Source: Parcubacteria group bacterium | GTDB lineage: Bacteria > Patescibacteriota > Minisyncoccia > 2-02-FULL-40-12 | Length of the DNA: 64,000 bases | Assembly: GCA_016186395.1 (NCBI GenBank) | Contig: JACPLU010000006.1 | Coordinates: forward strand, 7,948 to 71,947 | Direction of reading: 5' to 3' | In this document: positions 48,309 to 58,833 of the stretch, one piece after another | Layout of the letters: each line of letters begins with the position of its first letter | Numbering within the stretch: position 1 is the stretch's first letter | Made by a program: the position numbers and the translations under genes | The notes under the pieces: model-generated | Databases searched by the model: none | Seen by the model: the letters and a program-made list of their open reading frames with translations, nothing else | Told to the model about the DNA's origin: nothing

Positions 48309-49361
48309 CTATATTTCCCTCATTGCCAAACCGATTGATACAGAAAGAGTTGGAGTTAACTCTTTAATTACTGGACTCAAACCCTGCGGAGCAATAACCC
48401 TGGCAAAAGGATCACCCACACTTACCGGGTAATGAAGTTTTGATTCAAAATATTTATGTATACCCGGCATTGTTCCTAGTCCGCCAGTTAAAATTATTTT
48501 CTCTACTTTTATCTTTTTCTGGTCTTCAAATGTTTCAATCGTTCTCTCCCCCTCAACTATGAGGCGATCAAGTTCTGTATTAATAGCCTTCAAAACAGTA
48601 CCCCCTTCATTTCCCTCTATTCCAATCTTTTTCTTCATACTCTCTGCTCTATCAACACTCACCTTTAAGGACCTGGCCAAAGCCTGAGTTATCTCAAAAC
48701 CGCCAACTTCATAGTTACGACTCAACCTAACCACCCCCTTGTAAGCTACGAAGATAGACGTACTTCTTCCTCCCATATTAACAACACCAATGGAACTTTG
48801 GTCATTACCGATCAAGGCTCTAATTAAAGCCGCATTCTCCAACTCAAGGGCCTTTAGTCTTAAACCCACACGGTTAAAAATAATTCTATATCTCTCTACA
48901 GTATCTTTTGGAACTGCGGCTATAAAAACCTCAACGCTAGGATATTGGACATTTGATGAAGTGCTGTCTTTAACACTTAAAATTGACCAATCAAGATTTA
49001 CCTCCTGTAACGGAAGTGGGATATATTTCTTTGCCTCAAATGGAATTGCTCTGGCAATATCTTTTTCAGAAAGATAAGGCAACTCGATAACAGTAGAAAA
49101 CGTATTAAAAGAAGGGATTGAAGCAACACAATCTTTAGAAGAAAAATTTGATTTTTTGATTAGTTCTTTAAGTGCAGCAGAAATAGCATCGTCCGCAAAA
49201 CCATCTTTCAAACTAACTGGATCTGGAATAGCTATAATACCGTAATTCTTCAACACCCACCGTCCCCCCTCTTTCCCAACTTCGGTTACTTTTATTGCGG
49301 CAGTACCGATATCAACACCCAGCATTGTTTTAGATCTAAATTTAAACCATTGAAAAGCCAT
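48309..49361 (-). CDS. pilM: type IV pilus assembly ATPase-like protein PilM (actin fold)
   Basis: LGVDIGTAAIKVTEV and DIGGGTT-like GGRSTSIFV blocks. Confidence 0.8.
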   Translation of the reverse strand: MAFQWFKFRSKTMLGVDIGTAAIKVTEVGKEGGRWVLKNYGIIAIPDPVSLKDGFADDAISAALKELIKKSNFSSKDCVASIPSFNTFSTVIELPYLSEKDIARAIPFEAKKYIPLPLQEVNLDWSILSVKDSTSSNVQYPSVEVFIAAVPKDTVERYRIIFNRVGLRLKALELENAALIRALIGNDQSSIGVVNMGGRSTSIFVAYKGVVRLSRNYEVGGFEITQALARSLKVSVDRAESMKKKIGIEGNEGGTVLKAINTELDRLIVEGERTIETFEDQKKIKVEKIILTGGLGTMPGIHKYFESKLHYPVSVGDPFARVIAPQGLSPVIKELTPTLSVSIGLAMREI

Positions 49362-49387
49362 GTTACTTTAAAGTATACTCCTAAAAT

Positions 49388-50143
49388 ATGTTGAATAATA
49401 TCAACAGGATTACTGCTTCAATCAACCATACATCCAATTACTTTCTAGAGTTATTATTTCCGCCTATTTGTTTGATCTGTAAAAAAGACACCTCAAACAT
49501 GCCTAAGAATAAATTTATATGTAGCGACTGTTTAAAGGGCTTGAAACCGACTACCAAGTTTATCTGTGCCAACTGTTCAGCAAAAACAATAAATGGAAAA
49601 ACTTGTATTAACTGTAAAAATAACTGCCCACTAGATAGATTTTTCTCATTATATCCCTACGATAACGAAACAGTTAAAGAGATCATTCATGCTTTTAAAT
49701 ACAGATTTATTAAAGATCTGGCACCAACTGTAGACAAGTTCACCAGTACTTATATTTCTAACAACGACATTACTGAAACACTTTCAGCCGTAGACTTTAT
49801 TGAGGCAGTACCCTTAACAAGAGTCCGTTTTAACTGGCGAGGGTACAATCAATCCGAACTAATTGCTCATGGGATCAGTAAAATAATTAACAAACCATTA
49901 ATATATTCTCTTAAAAGAAAAGGGTTGCTGTCAGTCCCCCAAGCCGAAATTAAAGATCATATTCAAAGAACCAAAAATGTAAAAAATCTCTTTACCTGTA
50001 AAAGTCAATTAGAGATAAAAAACAAAACTCTACTTTTAGTAGATGATGTTTATACAAGCGGTGCAACCATGCAAGAATGCGCACGAGTGTTGAAAGACGC
50101 CGGCGCAAAAGAAGTCTGGGGATTTGCGATTGCCAGAGGATAA
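49388..50143 (+). CDS. comFC: ComF-family competence protein (double zinc ribbon plus phosphoribosyltransferase domain)
   Basis: CLICKK...CSDC...CANC...CINC and LLLVDDVYTSGATMQECARVLKDAG. Confidence 0.75.
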   Translation: MLNNINRITASINHTSNYFLELLFPPICLICKKDTSNMPKNKFICSDCLKGLKPTTKFICANCSAKTINGKTCINCKNNCPLDRFFSLYPYDNETVKEIIHAFKYRFIKDLAPTVDKFTSTYISNNDITETLSAVDFIEAVPLTRVRFNWRGYNQSELIAHGISKIINKPLIYSLKRKGLLSVPQAEIKDHIQRTKNVKNLFTCKSQLEIKNKTLLLVDDVYTSGATMQECARVLKDAGAKEVWGFAIARG

Positions 50144-50312
50144 AGCCATAAAACATTAAGCCTGAACCTTAAATCTTATAACTTGGAGAAATATCCGTTC
50201 ACTTAAACTTTAGCATTCTATAAAAAGTTTGGCTTCAAAAAGGAGGGTTTTTGTGTTAAGATTTTCGTGACTCAAGATTCAAGTTCCATGATACAGTAAC
50301 GATGTAAAAACT

Positions 50313-50402
50313 GGAGAGGTGGCCGAGCGGTTTAAGGCGACAGGTTGCTAACCTGTGACTCCGAAAGGAGTCTCGTGGGTTCGAATCCCACCCTCTCCGC
50401 CA
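50313..50402 (+). tRNA. tRNA-Ser (GCT), type II with long variable arm, CCA encoded
   Basis: GGAGAGG acceptor stem, anticodon arm ACAGG-TTGCTAA-CCTGT, variable arm TGACTCCGAAAGGAGTCTC, T arm GTGGG-TTCGAAT-CCCAC, then G and CCA. Confidence 0.9.
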
Positions 50403-50738
50403 GTTGGGAAAATGCAAGTTTGAAGAGGTCAGCTCGCGGCGCGGAACGCGCCGCTTGTATAGAATCTGAAAGGGCTTTTTTGGCGAAAAGGAAAAGGATT
50501 TATCAATCCGTTCTACAAGCTCAAGACAAGTAATACTCTCGGCTTCCCGCCTTCGCCGAGGCTTCGGCGGACAGGCAGAATTCATTTTGCCCGCGTAGAG
50601 CAGCATGGCCGCCACACGGCTTTACGCCGCCCGCTCAGAATTTCGCTGTGCCCGTCCGTAGCTTTCTTTGGCCTTCGTAGCTTTAGCGAAGTAGGTAATG
50701 AAGGAGGATTCGAGCTATTTTTAGAATACACAGCAACA

Positions 50739-52316
50739 ATGAAATACACTAAAAACTTCAAACTTTGGTTATCTTTACTACTCATTGTTATGACTTTTTT
50801 GGGTATCTCCTCTTTTGCCAATTTCAGGTCTCCGGACATCTACGACCCTGACAGTTTTTATCATATTCGTCACTCCCAGATTTATGGGGAAAAGAGCATT
50901 TTTTACAGCGACTTTCCTTGGGCTCAATATTCAATCATAAAAGATTTAAAAGCTGATCTTTGGTACGGTTTCCACATTTTTTTGTTACCATTTACATATT
51001 TTAGTGATCTGGGGCTTGGTATTAAAGTGGCTGGATTCTTTATAACATTATTTGTTCTAGGTTCATTCTATTTTGCTTTAAGAAACCTGAATATTTCATT
51101 ACCTTGGCTTTGGTCATCTTTTTTTGTTTTTTCTTCACCCATGATTTTATATCGAATGGCTATGACCCGTCCGCATCCCTTATCATTAGGTATTTTTATT
51201 CTTATTTTCAGTTTTATCATTAAGGGACCGTGGTGGCCGCTGTTAATCTTTGGTTTTCTTGTATCTTGGATCCACTCTGCTTTATTTTGGTTTCCACTAA
51301 TGATATTCGCCGTTGTTGTCGTAGCTAAAAAAATCTATCATCAAGAGATAAATCTGATGAAACTTGGTGCTTCAGCCGGAGGAATAATAATCGGTTTATT
51401 TGTTCGTCCTAATCCAGTGGCCAATTTAAAACTTATTTTTATTCAAATAGTCGAACTTTATGTATCGAAAAAAGAGGTTTTAGATCAAATAATCGGGGGC
51501 GAACTTCGATCGCCGAGTTTTAAAAACGTCGAGACTTATGCTCTTTTGTTAGTAATTTTGTTAATCATAGCGACCATTCTTTTGGGGCGCATATTTTACA
51601 AAAAAGAAGTCCTAGCAGTTAATAAAAAAATAGTTATCTTAAGCTCCGGTATACTGACTATAGTTACACTAATAATGTATATGAACGCTAATAGAGCAAT
51701 CGATATTGCCGCTGCTTTTATAGTTATTTTTAGTGCAATGATACTAAGTTATTATTATGAATTGATAAAAAATAAAAACTATCTGTCTAGTTTTTCAAAA
51801 AAGACTCTGAACATTAGCGTCTCACTCTTGTTTTTGTTTATGATCTTTACGGCCTATAATTCCATTAAAGTTTCGGATAAGAATTTTATAACCAACGCCA
51901 AGCCAAGAACAACCTTTAAAGAACCCGCTTTATGGCTCAAAGAAAATACCAAAGAAGGTGAAATAGTTTTCCATTTGGGCTGGAGCCAATTTCCTATACT
52001 TTTTTTCTGGAATCAACACAATTACTATATCAACGGCATGGACCCGATATTCCTTTATAGTTATAACCCCGGCTTATACTGGAAAGCTTTTTATATGCTT
52101 GATAAAGACACATCCGGTTTCACTTGTGGTTTTATTAACTGTGAACCGAAACAAATGGAGTCAATCTACGATGTTCTGAAAAACGACTTTAAGGTTTCAT
52201 ATATTTTTTTAAGAAAAGTAGCTAATCCAAGATTTTTAGATTATGTGGAATCGGATAAAAACCACTTTAAAAAAGTCTATATTGATGAGTCAAATTTAAT
52301 CTATACGGTTCTGTGA
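50739..52316 (+). CDS. polytopic membrane protein, possibly a GT-C-type glycosyltransferase
   Basis: 525 aa with about 12 transmembrane segments and an early periplasmic-loop acidic motif. Family not firmly recognised. Confidence 0.4.
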   Translation: MKYTKNFKLWLSLLLIVMTFLGISSFANFRSPDIYDPDSFYHIRHSQIYGEKSIFYSDFPWAQYSIIKDLKADLWYGFHIFLLPFTYFSDLGLGIKVAGFFITLFVLGSFYFALRNLNISLPWLWSSFFVFSSPMILYRMAMTRPHPLSLGIFILIFSFIIKGPWWPLLIFGFLVSWIHSALFWFPLMIFAVVVVAKKIYHQEINLMKLGASAGGIIIGLFVRPNPVANLKLIFIQIVELYVSKKEVLDQIIGGELRSPSFKNVETYALLLVILLIIATILLGRIFYKKEVLAVNKKIVILSSGILTIVTLIMYMNANRAIDIAAAFIVIFSAMILSYYYELIKNKNYLSSFSKKTLNISVSLLFLFMIFTAYNSIKVSDKNFITNAKPRTTFKEPALWLKENTKEGEIVFHLGWSQFPILFFWNQHNYYINGMDPIFLYSYNPGLYWKAFYMLDKDTSGFTCGFINCEPKQMESIYDVLKNDFKVSYIFLRKVANPRFLDYVESDKNHFKKVYIDESNLIYTVL

Positions 52317-52511
52317 TTCAAAAACAATATCAATGGATTGCCCGCATTCTAACCCGAGGCAGATTAGGGTTTGTTGTATATGCCATATACATAGCAAGTT
52401 ACACCCCTGGGTGGTCACAAGCTATTGAACCATGACACTTAGTTGACTTGTTTTAGAGAGTAAAGTACAATATTAGCTAGCATTAATTTTTTAAAAACCA
52501 CGGGAGACGAC

Positions 52512-52769
52512 ATGGCTAAGAAAAAAACAGATAAAAAAAATCTAAACAACGTTGACCTGAATATTAAGGCTATGCTCTCTTTTGATAAGAGTGGCGAAAG
52601 AATTTTATGCCTCATACTAGAAGCTCAAGATTCCCAAAGCGAAGAAATCCTAAGTGATATACTAAATGGCAAAATTAAGGGACTTGAGTACTGCAAAGAT
52701 AAACGTATTAAAATGGCTGCCGGCGGAGGTAATACTTATTGTTTTGTAATAAGTGAGCCCCAGCGATAG
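52512..52769 (+). CDS. small hypothetical protein (85 aa) with its own promoter and terminator
   Basis: TTGACT - 17 nt - TACAAT promoter at 52452-52480, SD gggaga, terminator at 52770-52792. Confidence 0.45.
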   Translation: MAKKKTDKKNLNNVDLNIKAMLSFDKSGERILCLILEAQDSQSEEILSDILNGKIKGLEYCKDKRIKMAAGGGNTYCFVISEPQR

Positions 52770-52792
52770 GCCGACTAACCGTCGGCTTTTTG
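52770..52792 (+). terminator. intrinsic terminator
   Basis: gccgac-taacc-gtcggc followed by ttttt. Confidence 0.6.
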
Positions 52793-52928
52793 ATTTCGCA
52801 AAACCAACTCAAAATTTAAATCTACCAAATTTTCCTCAAAAGTTCGTAATAACTGCTAAACAAATATTTTCCAACTGTCCCTCACGACATCACCAGTTAG
52901 GAAATGAAAAAACGCCTACAAAAGCGTT

Positions 52929-53351
52929 TTATTTTTCTGGATTAAGAATTTGGGCATAAACTTCTTGTTTCAGTAGTTCTTCATCCTGCTGGCTTAAAAT
53001 TTCTCGTTTAGCGCATTGGCTACACACAACTTTATATAATTGTTTTAATAACTGAACAAGTTGAGCCTCATCCTCATTGTTATATTTTCTGCTAAATCCC
53101 TTAGTTTGCGGTTCGGATAAAACCAAAATATCCAGCTTCCCTTTTTTTCTTAACTCCAAAGAAGTAAATCGCAGATAAATTATTTCACCAAGACCCCGAC
53201 TCTGAACTAGATAAAGCCAAATATCAACTTGTCTTTCCGTATTTTCATGCAATTTAGTAATGTACGGACCGTCTTCATTTCTATGCCAGAAAACATTATT
53301 TGACTGGGTATTTTGCAACAAATGTGAAACGACAAAAACATCGGAAATCAT
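52929..53351 (-). CDS. hypothetical protein
   Basis: 140-aa ORF with hairpin plus T-run immediately downstream (52895-52935). Confidence 0.4.
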   Translation of the reverse strand: MISDVFVVSHLLQNTQSNNVFWHRNEDGPYITKLHENTERQVDIWLYLVQSRGLGEIIYLRFTSLELRKKGKLDILVLSEPQTKGFSRKYNNEDEAQLVQLLKQLYKVVCSQCAKREILSQQDEELLKQEVYAQILNPEK

Positions 53352-53468
53352 AACTTATCCCCCAATTATTTTTGTTAAGATTGCAATTTAAAGCTATTGT
53401 TCTAAATCCATTCCTATTTACAATCAAACAAATCCTCTGATAAATTTTGATTGAGTGCAATACTTTAT

Positions 53469-54278
53469 TTATTCTCCAATCTGTTTATACGGGCGAAGGC
53501 TTTTCTTAATTTCTCCCCAAGAACCCGGATTTTTTACAAGACAGTAAACACTGGTAATAAGCATGGTAATTATGGCTCCCGAAGTAGCGAGTAACATGTC
53601 TTTTTGAGCATCCCAAATATCTCCTTGGGCACCCAAAAAAGCAAGACCAGCTTCTGGATCAACCGCTGCCGCTGCCAACCATTCAATAATTTCATAAATT
53701 GCAGAAAAAGCAAGCGTAAGCTCAACGGGCAAATAATAGTTCCAAAATCCTCTAGCACGCCCAATCACCATAAACATTTCACGTAAGGGATAAGCCAAAA
53801 GCAAACCGAAAGAAAAATGCACAAGACGGTCATACATATTACGGTCTGCGCCCAAAAAGTTCTGAAGCTTAAAACCAAATGGAACTTCAGCATAAGTATA
53901 ATGAGAACCAACAACGTGTAAAATCATAAATGCGGTCAAAAAAACATAAGACAAATTAGAAAGTTTAAAGTACAGTCCGACCAATAGAATGATTGGCACG
54001 AAAAAGAAAATTAAATAATTTTCAAGCAACCAAGCATGCGGGAAAAGAGGATTAACAGCTGACCAAACCCAAACAATATTAAAAGCAGTAAAAAGAATTA
54101 GTTGAAACTTAGAAAGAAGATACCTGGCAGATAAAACCGTTAATGGGACAAAAATAAAAATCAGATAAACCTGCTGAATTGGCAATTGAACCTGATTTAA
54201 ACTAGCCACCATTCCTGTCCAAACCCAAGTCAAAATAAGTATTGAGTAAAGCAAAAAACGAGCTCTAGGTTTTGTCAT
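53469..54278 (-). CDS. polytopic membrane protein (DUF2238/YjdF-like)
   Basis: About 7 transmembrane segments; family assignment tentative. Confidence 0.4.
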   Translation of the reverse strand: MTKPRARFLLYSILILTWVWTGMVASLNQVQLPIQQVYLIFIFVPLTVLSARYLLSKFQLILFTAFNIVWVWSAVNPLFPHAWLLENYLIFFFVPIILLVGLYFKLSNLSYVFLTAFMILHVVGSHYTYAEVPFGFKLQNFLGADRNMYDRLVHFSFGLLLAYPLREMFMVIGRARGFWNYYLPVELTLAFSAIYEIIEWLAAAAVDPEAGLAFLGAQGDIWDAQKDMLLATSGAIITMLITSVYCLVKNPGSWGEIKKSLRPYKQIGE

Positions 54279-54297
54279 AATTGAATAAGACTAAATT

Positions 54298-55347
54298 TTA
54301 CTTCTCAATCTTTATTGAATAAACGGTGTCATCGGAGTTTTTTATTATAAGGATATCCTCCAAAGAAGAAGCTAAAATTTTAATAGGCTTAAGAGAAAAA
54401 GTTACCATAGTTTGATATTCGCCTGTTTCTAGGTCTAATTTCCCTATTTCCCCGTCTTTCCCACAAAAAACACTTTTAGTATTCAAAGACCATAAACAAG
54501 AAAGGACACCAGAAACTGAAAAGGTTTTAAGCAATCTTCCATCTTGAGATCTTAATTCAAATCTTTCCTTACCATCTGATTTATATGAGATTAGATATGA
54601 ATTGCCGTCTTTAGACCAAAAAATATTGGGTTCGGAGATGTTTGGCATAATTTTCTTAAAATCAGATCCGTCTGTGTTAAGAGAAAATAAGTCAGTCGCA
54701 TCCTGTTTATTCGTTGGATAGAAAAATAGTCTATTATTTTGCGACCAAAATAAATTTAATGCTGAAATTTTAGTTTTATAAACAATTCTATAATTCCCTC
54801 CGTCTGGATCAGAAATGGCAAGGTTCCCCTCTTCCTTTTGATCTTCAAAAAAGTGATATACGATTTTTTCGCTACTCGGCGAAAAAGTAATAAATTTAAT
54901 AGCTGGGTGCAAGTTGGACGATACTTTATCAGAAAGCCTGAAATAACGCGGAGCGGAACTAAAGCCAAACTTTTCTATTAAACTACTTCCACCCACTGAC
55001 CAGACAGCTTCCGAAACCGGCTTATCGGCCTTACGAACTACTTTCCTATCTTTACCGTCGAAACCAACTCCTTCTATCATCCCATTCTCATCAACATAAA
55101 CTATGCCTTTATTTTCACTATTAATCTGAAAATCAACTATCTTTTTAGAGGTTAATTTAACCGGAGTAAATAAAGGTTGTTCATCAAGTGACCTCGTTTT
55201 TGGTAAAGTATCGTCTGAAGTTTGGTCAAAAATTTGAGCTTTTTGATATTTCACTACATCCGGACGCTTTAAATTTAAAACAACCAAAACCAGGGCAAGC
55301 CCAGAAAGAATTACTATAAGAGCTTTCAAATTACTTTTAGAAAACAT
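54298..55347 (-). CDS. membrane-anchored beta-propeller protein (TolB/PD40-like repeats)
   Basis: N-terminal transmembrane anchor; repeated DGxxxxF/Y blocks. Confidence 0.45.
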   Translation of the reverse strand: MFSKSNLKALIVILSGLALVLVVLNLKRPDVVKYQKAQIFDQTSDDTLPKTRSLDEQPLFTPVKLTSKKIVDFQINSENKGIVYVDENGMIEGVGFDGKDRKVVRKADKPVSEAVWSVGGSSLIEKFGFSSAPRYFRLSDKVSSNLHPAIKFITFSPSSEKIVYHFFEDQKEEGNLAISDPDGGNYRIVYKTKISALNLFWSQNNRLFFYPTNKQDATDLFSLNTDGSDFKKIMPNISEPNIFWSKDGNSYLISYKSDGKERFELRSQDGRLLKTFSVSGVLSCLWSLNTKSVFCGKDGEIGKLDLETGEYQTMVTFSLKPIKILASSLEDILIIKNSDDTVYSIKIEK

Positions 55348-55348
55348 T

Positions 55349-55762
55349 TTACGGAGGAGTAATCGCCGGCAATTTAGTAGTTTGACCCACTAAATCCGGA
55401 TTAATAACGTTTAAGATAAGCCAAGCGGAAAGAACTAAAGCAAAACCCAAAAGCGCATTACTCATTTTTTCTTTAGCCGATTGGACTTTTGTTAAATTTG
55501 GTCCGGCAAAAAACCAATCAATTCCAGCCCTTAGAAACTGAACAAACATGGCCAAACCGACTACCCAAATCCCAAGAGTAAATAAATAATTAAACAGACC
55601 ACCTAAATCCTGAATGTTTGCTGGATCCAAAGATCCACTTCCTAATTTTGGCAGATAACGAACAAAAGCAACCTCTGCAGAAGCCTTAGAAACTAAAATT
55701 AAAAATGACCCAAAAAGAATAAATAGGATGCTGAATATATTTTGTAATTTAATCTTTTTCAT
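55349..55762 (-). CDS. VirB2/TrbC-like pilin, putative
   Basis: 137 aa: long signal peptide, then two hydrophobic helices. Sits just upstream of the VirB4-like ATPase. Confidence 0.4.
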   Translation of the reverse strand: MKKIKLQNIFSILFILFGSFLILVSKASAEVAFVRYLPKLGSGSLDPANIQDLGGLFNYLFTLGIWVVGLAMFVQFLRAGIDWFFAGPNLTKVQSAKEKMSNALLGFALVLSAWLILNVINPDLVGQTTKLPAITPP

Positions 55763-57569
55763 TTGAATTTTTTTCTTGTATCCACTGCTTTTTGGCCTCC
55801 TGAATTTCCAAAATTTGTCTCGGATCAGAAGTAATAATCTGATCTTCAGTATAAGATGCGACTACTCTAATTGCAATGTGATTTTGGGAGGCAAAAAATA
55901 AACCATGGCCGACTTTTGACTCCAACAGGATAAATTTTTCCGCATCTGTAAGATTAAAAGCATCTTTTACCTGTTCTGCGGCCGCAGGTGATTGCTTCAT
56001 TAATATCTGCATGGATGAATTAGTTATAATCGGCTTACCCATTGGGGAGTCTAAAAAATCTGGAACATCTTGGGAGATTGTAGTTAATCCCAAAAAATAT
56101 TTCCTAGCTCTTTTGGCAACATTCAACATAAAGTTAGCTCCAGTCTGATTACGCATAAGCCACCAGGCCTCATCAACCGCAAGAATACGTTTTCTAAGTT
56201 TTGATCTAATCTTTGCCCAAATATGATTCAAAACCAAGTACATAGCTATTGGTTTTAGTTCGTCTTCCATATCGCGAATGCTAAAAACAACCAGTGGATT
56301 ATCCAAGGACGTATTTGTAGGTTGATTCAAAAAACCAGCCAAAGTTCCTTCGGTAAATCTTTTCAAACGGGCAACTAGAGATTCCGCCCCAACCATACCT
56401 TCCAGAACAGATTGCAAATCAGAAAGTAACGGCGGTTCTAATTTTGAAAAATCAGACTCCGGCGTTATATCTTTTATTGCATAGGTCTGTCTTAAACCCT
56501 CGTCAACAATTGACTCTTCCTCTGGAGTAAAGTTACCCAACATTACTCTTAAAAGTCCGGTTAAATCAAGAATATGAGTACGGAACACATCTCCCGGCTT
56601 TTCATCCTCTCTGGGGGTAGGCAAATCAAATGGATTAATGTGTTGGTCTGAAGAAATAGAAATTTTCACAAAAGAACCCCCCATTGTTTCGGATAAATAT
56701 TTATACTCATTTTCAGGATCAATCACAAAGACCTGTGTTCCAAACATCAAACTTCTTAAAATTTCCAATTTTACGGTATAACTTTTACCGCCTCCGGATT
56801 TACCAAAAACAACTTCATTCGCATTTTCCAAACTAAACCTGTCAAAAAGTACTAAAGAATTATTATGCAAATTTATTCCATAAAGCAAGCCCTTGGTTTG
56901 AGTTAAATCGTAAGAAACAAACGGAAAGCTTGAAGAAAGAGGTTCGGTATTTAAAGAAGTGTGGAGAAGCAATTGATCACTACCAAGAGGCACGGTTGAC
57001 ATAAAACCTTGGGCCATTCTGAAAGTCGCCGGCTTTACATAAACCAACTGGGACTCCAAAATTCCTCTGATTCTACGTTCCAATTCGTCCAACTCCTTGA
57101 TTGATTCACCGTAAATCGTGATGTAAAAACCGGCCTGAAAAAAACGATCCGTTCCCTGCTGTAATTTGTCCCTAAGGACTTCAATATCTCCAACGGCTGT
57201 CTCAAGAATTGGATCCCGAACCTTTCCCTGCTCTGCTTCTTCGATCCGTTGAGCTTCAAGTCTGGTAAGTTTATCACGTAATTTTTTTAAAATTGCAGGC
57301 GTATCCGCAGGATGAATGTGAATTGCCGCATCTATTTGTTGATCAAGATTAATAATTTGAGAAAGCCAATTTGTATTTAAAAATCTTGGAAAAGAAGAAA
57401 TAAAAAATGTCCGGCCGACAATTGCACCCACTTGAAAATCGTTTGAACCGATATTTATAGCTGCCGGCGCTAAAAGTTCAACCAATCCTTTTGGTTTTGG
57501 GGATTCAATTTTTTCTTTTTTCTTTCCAAAAAACGGTAAAGCCAATGCTACTTTTGAAACACGGGACAT
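55749..57569 (-). CDS. VirB4/TrbE-family conjugation ATPase, middle and C-terminal ATPase portion
   Basis: LVELLAPAAINIG...VGRTFFISSFPRF, Walker A VVFGKSGGGKSYTVKLEILRSL, VFVIDPENEY, Walker B RILAVDEAWWLM. Confidence 0.8.
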   Translation of the reverse strand: MSRVSKVALALPFFGKKKEKIESPKPKGLVELLAPAAINIGSNDFQVGAIVGRTFFISSFPRFLNTNWLSQIINLDQQIDAAIHIHPADTPAILKKLRDKLTRLEAQRIEEAEQGKVRDPILETAVGDIEVLRDKLQQGTDRFFQAGFYITIYGESIKELDELERRIRGILESQLVYVKPATFRMAQGFMSTVPLGSDQLLLHTSLNTEPLSSSFPFVSYDLTQTKGLLYGINLHNNSLVLFDRFSLENANEVVFGKSGGGKSYTVKLEILRSLMFGTQVFVIDPENEYKYLSETMGGSFVKISISSDQHINPFDLPTPREDEKPGDVFRTHILDLTGLLRVMLGNFTPEEESIVDEGLRQTYAIKDITPESDFSKLEPPLLSDLQSVLEGMVGAESLVARLKRFTEGTLAGFLNQPTNTSLDNPLVVFSIRDMEDELKPIAMYLVLNHIWAKIRSKLRKRILAVDEAWWLMRNQTGANFMLNVAKRARKYFLGLTTISQDVPDFLDSPMGKPIITNSSMQILMKQSPAAAEQVKDAFNLTDAEKFILLESKVGHGLFFASQNHIAIRVVASYTEDQIITSDPRQILEIQEAKKQWIQEKNSNEKD

Positions 57570-57658
57570 GGAACTTGAAACTCAAGATTTACGATTCACG
57601 ATTCAAGATTCAGGTTTCATGATTCAAGTTTCATATTCTATGGTTCAAGTTTTATGTT
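57570..57658. repeat. low-complexity, hairpin-forming repeat spacer (TTCAAG/CTTGAA and GTTTCATG motifs) between the two VirB4 ORFs
   Basis: gaacttgaaactcaagatttacgattcacgattcaagattcaggtttcatgattcaagtttcatattctatggttcaag. Confidence 0.6.
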
Positions 57659-58318
57659 TTATGTTACAGGTTTCACCTCCTCCAGTTTAATGGTTTCTGG
57701 TGATCTCGGATTATAAAGCTGATAATAAAGATTTGCTAATTCGTCCTTAGAAAGTAAACGCGTCTTTAAACTCATTGACGATAGCCCTTCTTCCACTAAA
57801 GCCAGTCTTTGTCTTAATTGCCCGCTAAAAGTTTGGAACTGTTCATCGCTTAACTGTTGAACACCCGAAGCAGAAGAAGTTTTAAAAATTCCGCTAAGAT
57901 TTTTTAAAAATCCGCCTTTTGAAATTGATTCAACAAAGTAAAAAGGGACAACTATATAAAAATGCCTGCTCATAATATTTGCCAGTTCCACCAAACCTTT
58001 GATGTATCTTGAGTACTCTATCGCCTGAATTCTCAATAATTCGTTGTCCAAATTTTTAATTAATTCTTCCAACTCCTGAAGATAAGACTTTATGTTAAGT
58101 TTTCTTGAACTAACAACAATTTGAGCAGGAAAATCAAGTGAGTTTAAAAACTCCTGAAATCTGTGCAAAATGGCCACTTGTTCATCTTGCGATCTCAATT
58201 CAAAGTTAATCGAGCCGACTTCTAATACGGCACGAAGAGTGCCGTTTTTTAATATCACAATGTCGTCTCTTATATCCGCGATTTCTATAAATTGTAAAGT
58301 TGATTGATTTTCAGCCAT
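57659..58318 (-). CDS. VirB4 N-terminal-domain-like protein (separate ORF)
   Basis: LQFIEIADIRDDIVILKNGTLRAVLEVGSINFELRSQDEQVAILHRFQEFLNSL resembles the VirB4/TraC N-terminal region. The combined length with the downstream ORF is 219 + 606 aa, close to a full VirB4. Confidence 0.45.
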   Translation of the reverse strand: MAENQSTLQFIEIADIRDDIVILKNGTLRAVLEVGSINFELRSQDEQVAILHRFQEFLNSLDFPAQIVVSSRKLNIKSYLQELEELIKNLDNELLRIQAIEYSRYIKGLVELANIMSRHFYIVVPFYFVESISKGGFLKNLSGIFKTSSASGVQQLSDEQFQTFSGQLRQRLALVEEGLSSMSLKTRLLSKDELANLYYQLYNPRSPETIKLEEVKPVT

Positions 58319-58421
58319 GATACTTGAGACATGAAACCTGAAACATAGAATATGAAACTTGAAACTTAGAACTCGAGATTCAAGATTCAGGTTTCATGTT
58401 TCATGGTTCATGATTCATGAT
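58319..58421. repeat. palindromic member of the same repeat-spacer family
   Basis: catgaaacctgaaacatagaatatgaaacttgaaac ... caggtttcatgtttcatggttcatg; the two halves are near reverse complements. Confidence 0.6.
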
Positions 58422-58757
58422 TTATACTTCCGGTTTGTTTGTTCCCTGAATAAATGACTGCACATCTAAGTCAGATTTTTCTTCTTTTCTAAAAAAGTAT
58501 CTTTTTGGACCAAAAGTATAAGAAATAGCTAATGACATGTACTGAATTAATGGCAAACCTTCAATCCTAACAAAGGCCATAGATCCGAAAAAAGCGATCA
58601 CAAAAACTGCAATTGTAAAAAATAAAACCCCGCTAAGCAATCGAAACAGTAACAGCAGAAGTCCGACACCCAAGGCTACCCAAATAAACTGTTGGATCGT
58701 AAATGGACCAACTACTTTAACTTCTGTTTCTATAAATTGTGGGACTTGGAATCTCAT
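58422..58757 (-). CDS. small membrane protein, VirB3-like by position
   Basis: 111 aa with two transmembrane helices, directly upstream of the VirB4 pieces. Confidence 0.3.
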   Translation of the reverse strand: MRFQVPQFIETEVKVVGPFTIQQFIWVALGVGLLLLLFRLLSGVLFFTIAVFVIAFFGSMAFVRIEGLPLIQYMSLAISYTFGPKRYFFRKEEKSDLDVQSFIQGTNKPEV

Positions 58758-58833
58758 TGGGGCTTAAAACATAAAACTTAAATCTTGAAACCTGAATCTT
58801 GAATCTCAAGTTCTAAGTTCCAAGTTTCATAAT
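58758..58833. repeat. third member of the repeat-spacer family
   Basis: aacataaaacttaaatcttgaaacctgaatcttgaatctcaagttctaagttccaagtttcat. Confidence 0.55.

Noticed and set aside
50256-50839. Two minus-strand ORFs (119 aa and 85 aa)
   Set aside because: They overlap tRNA-Ser and the GC-rich leader; Arg/Pro-rich translations typical of non-coding GC-rich DNA.
57570-58833. Possible CRISPR array, because of short repeated motifs between genes
   Set aside because: The repeats are irregular, degenerate, partly palindromic and separated by genes rather than by unique spacers of fixed length. There are no cas genes.
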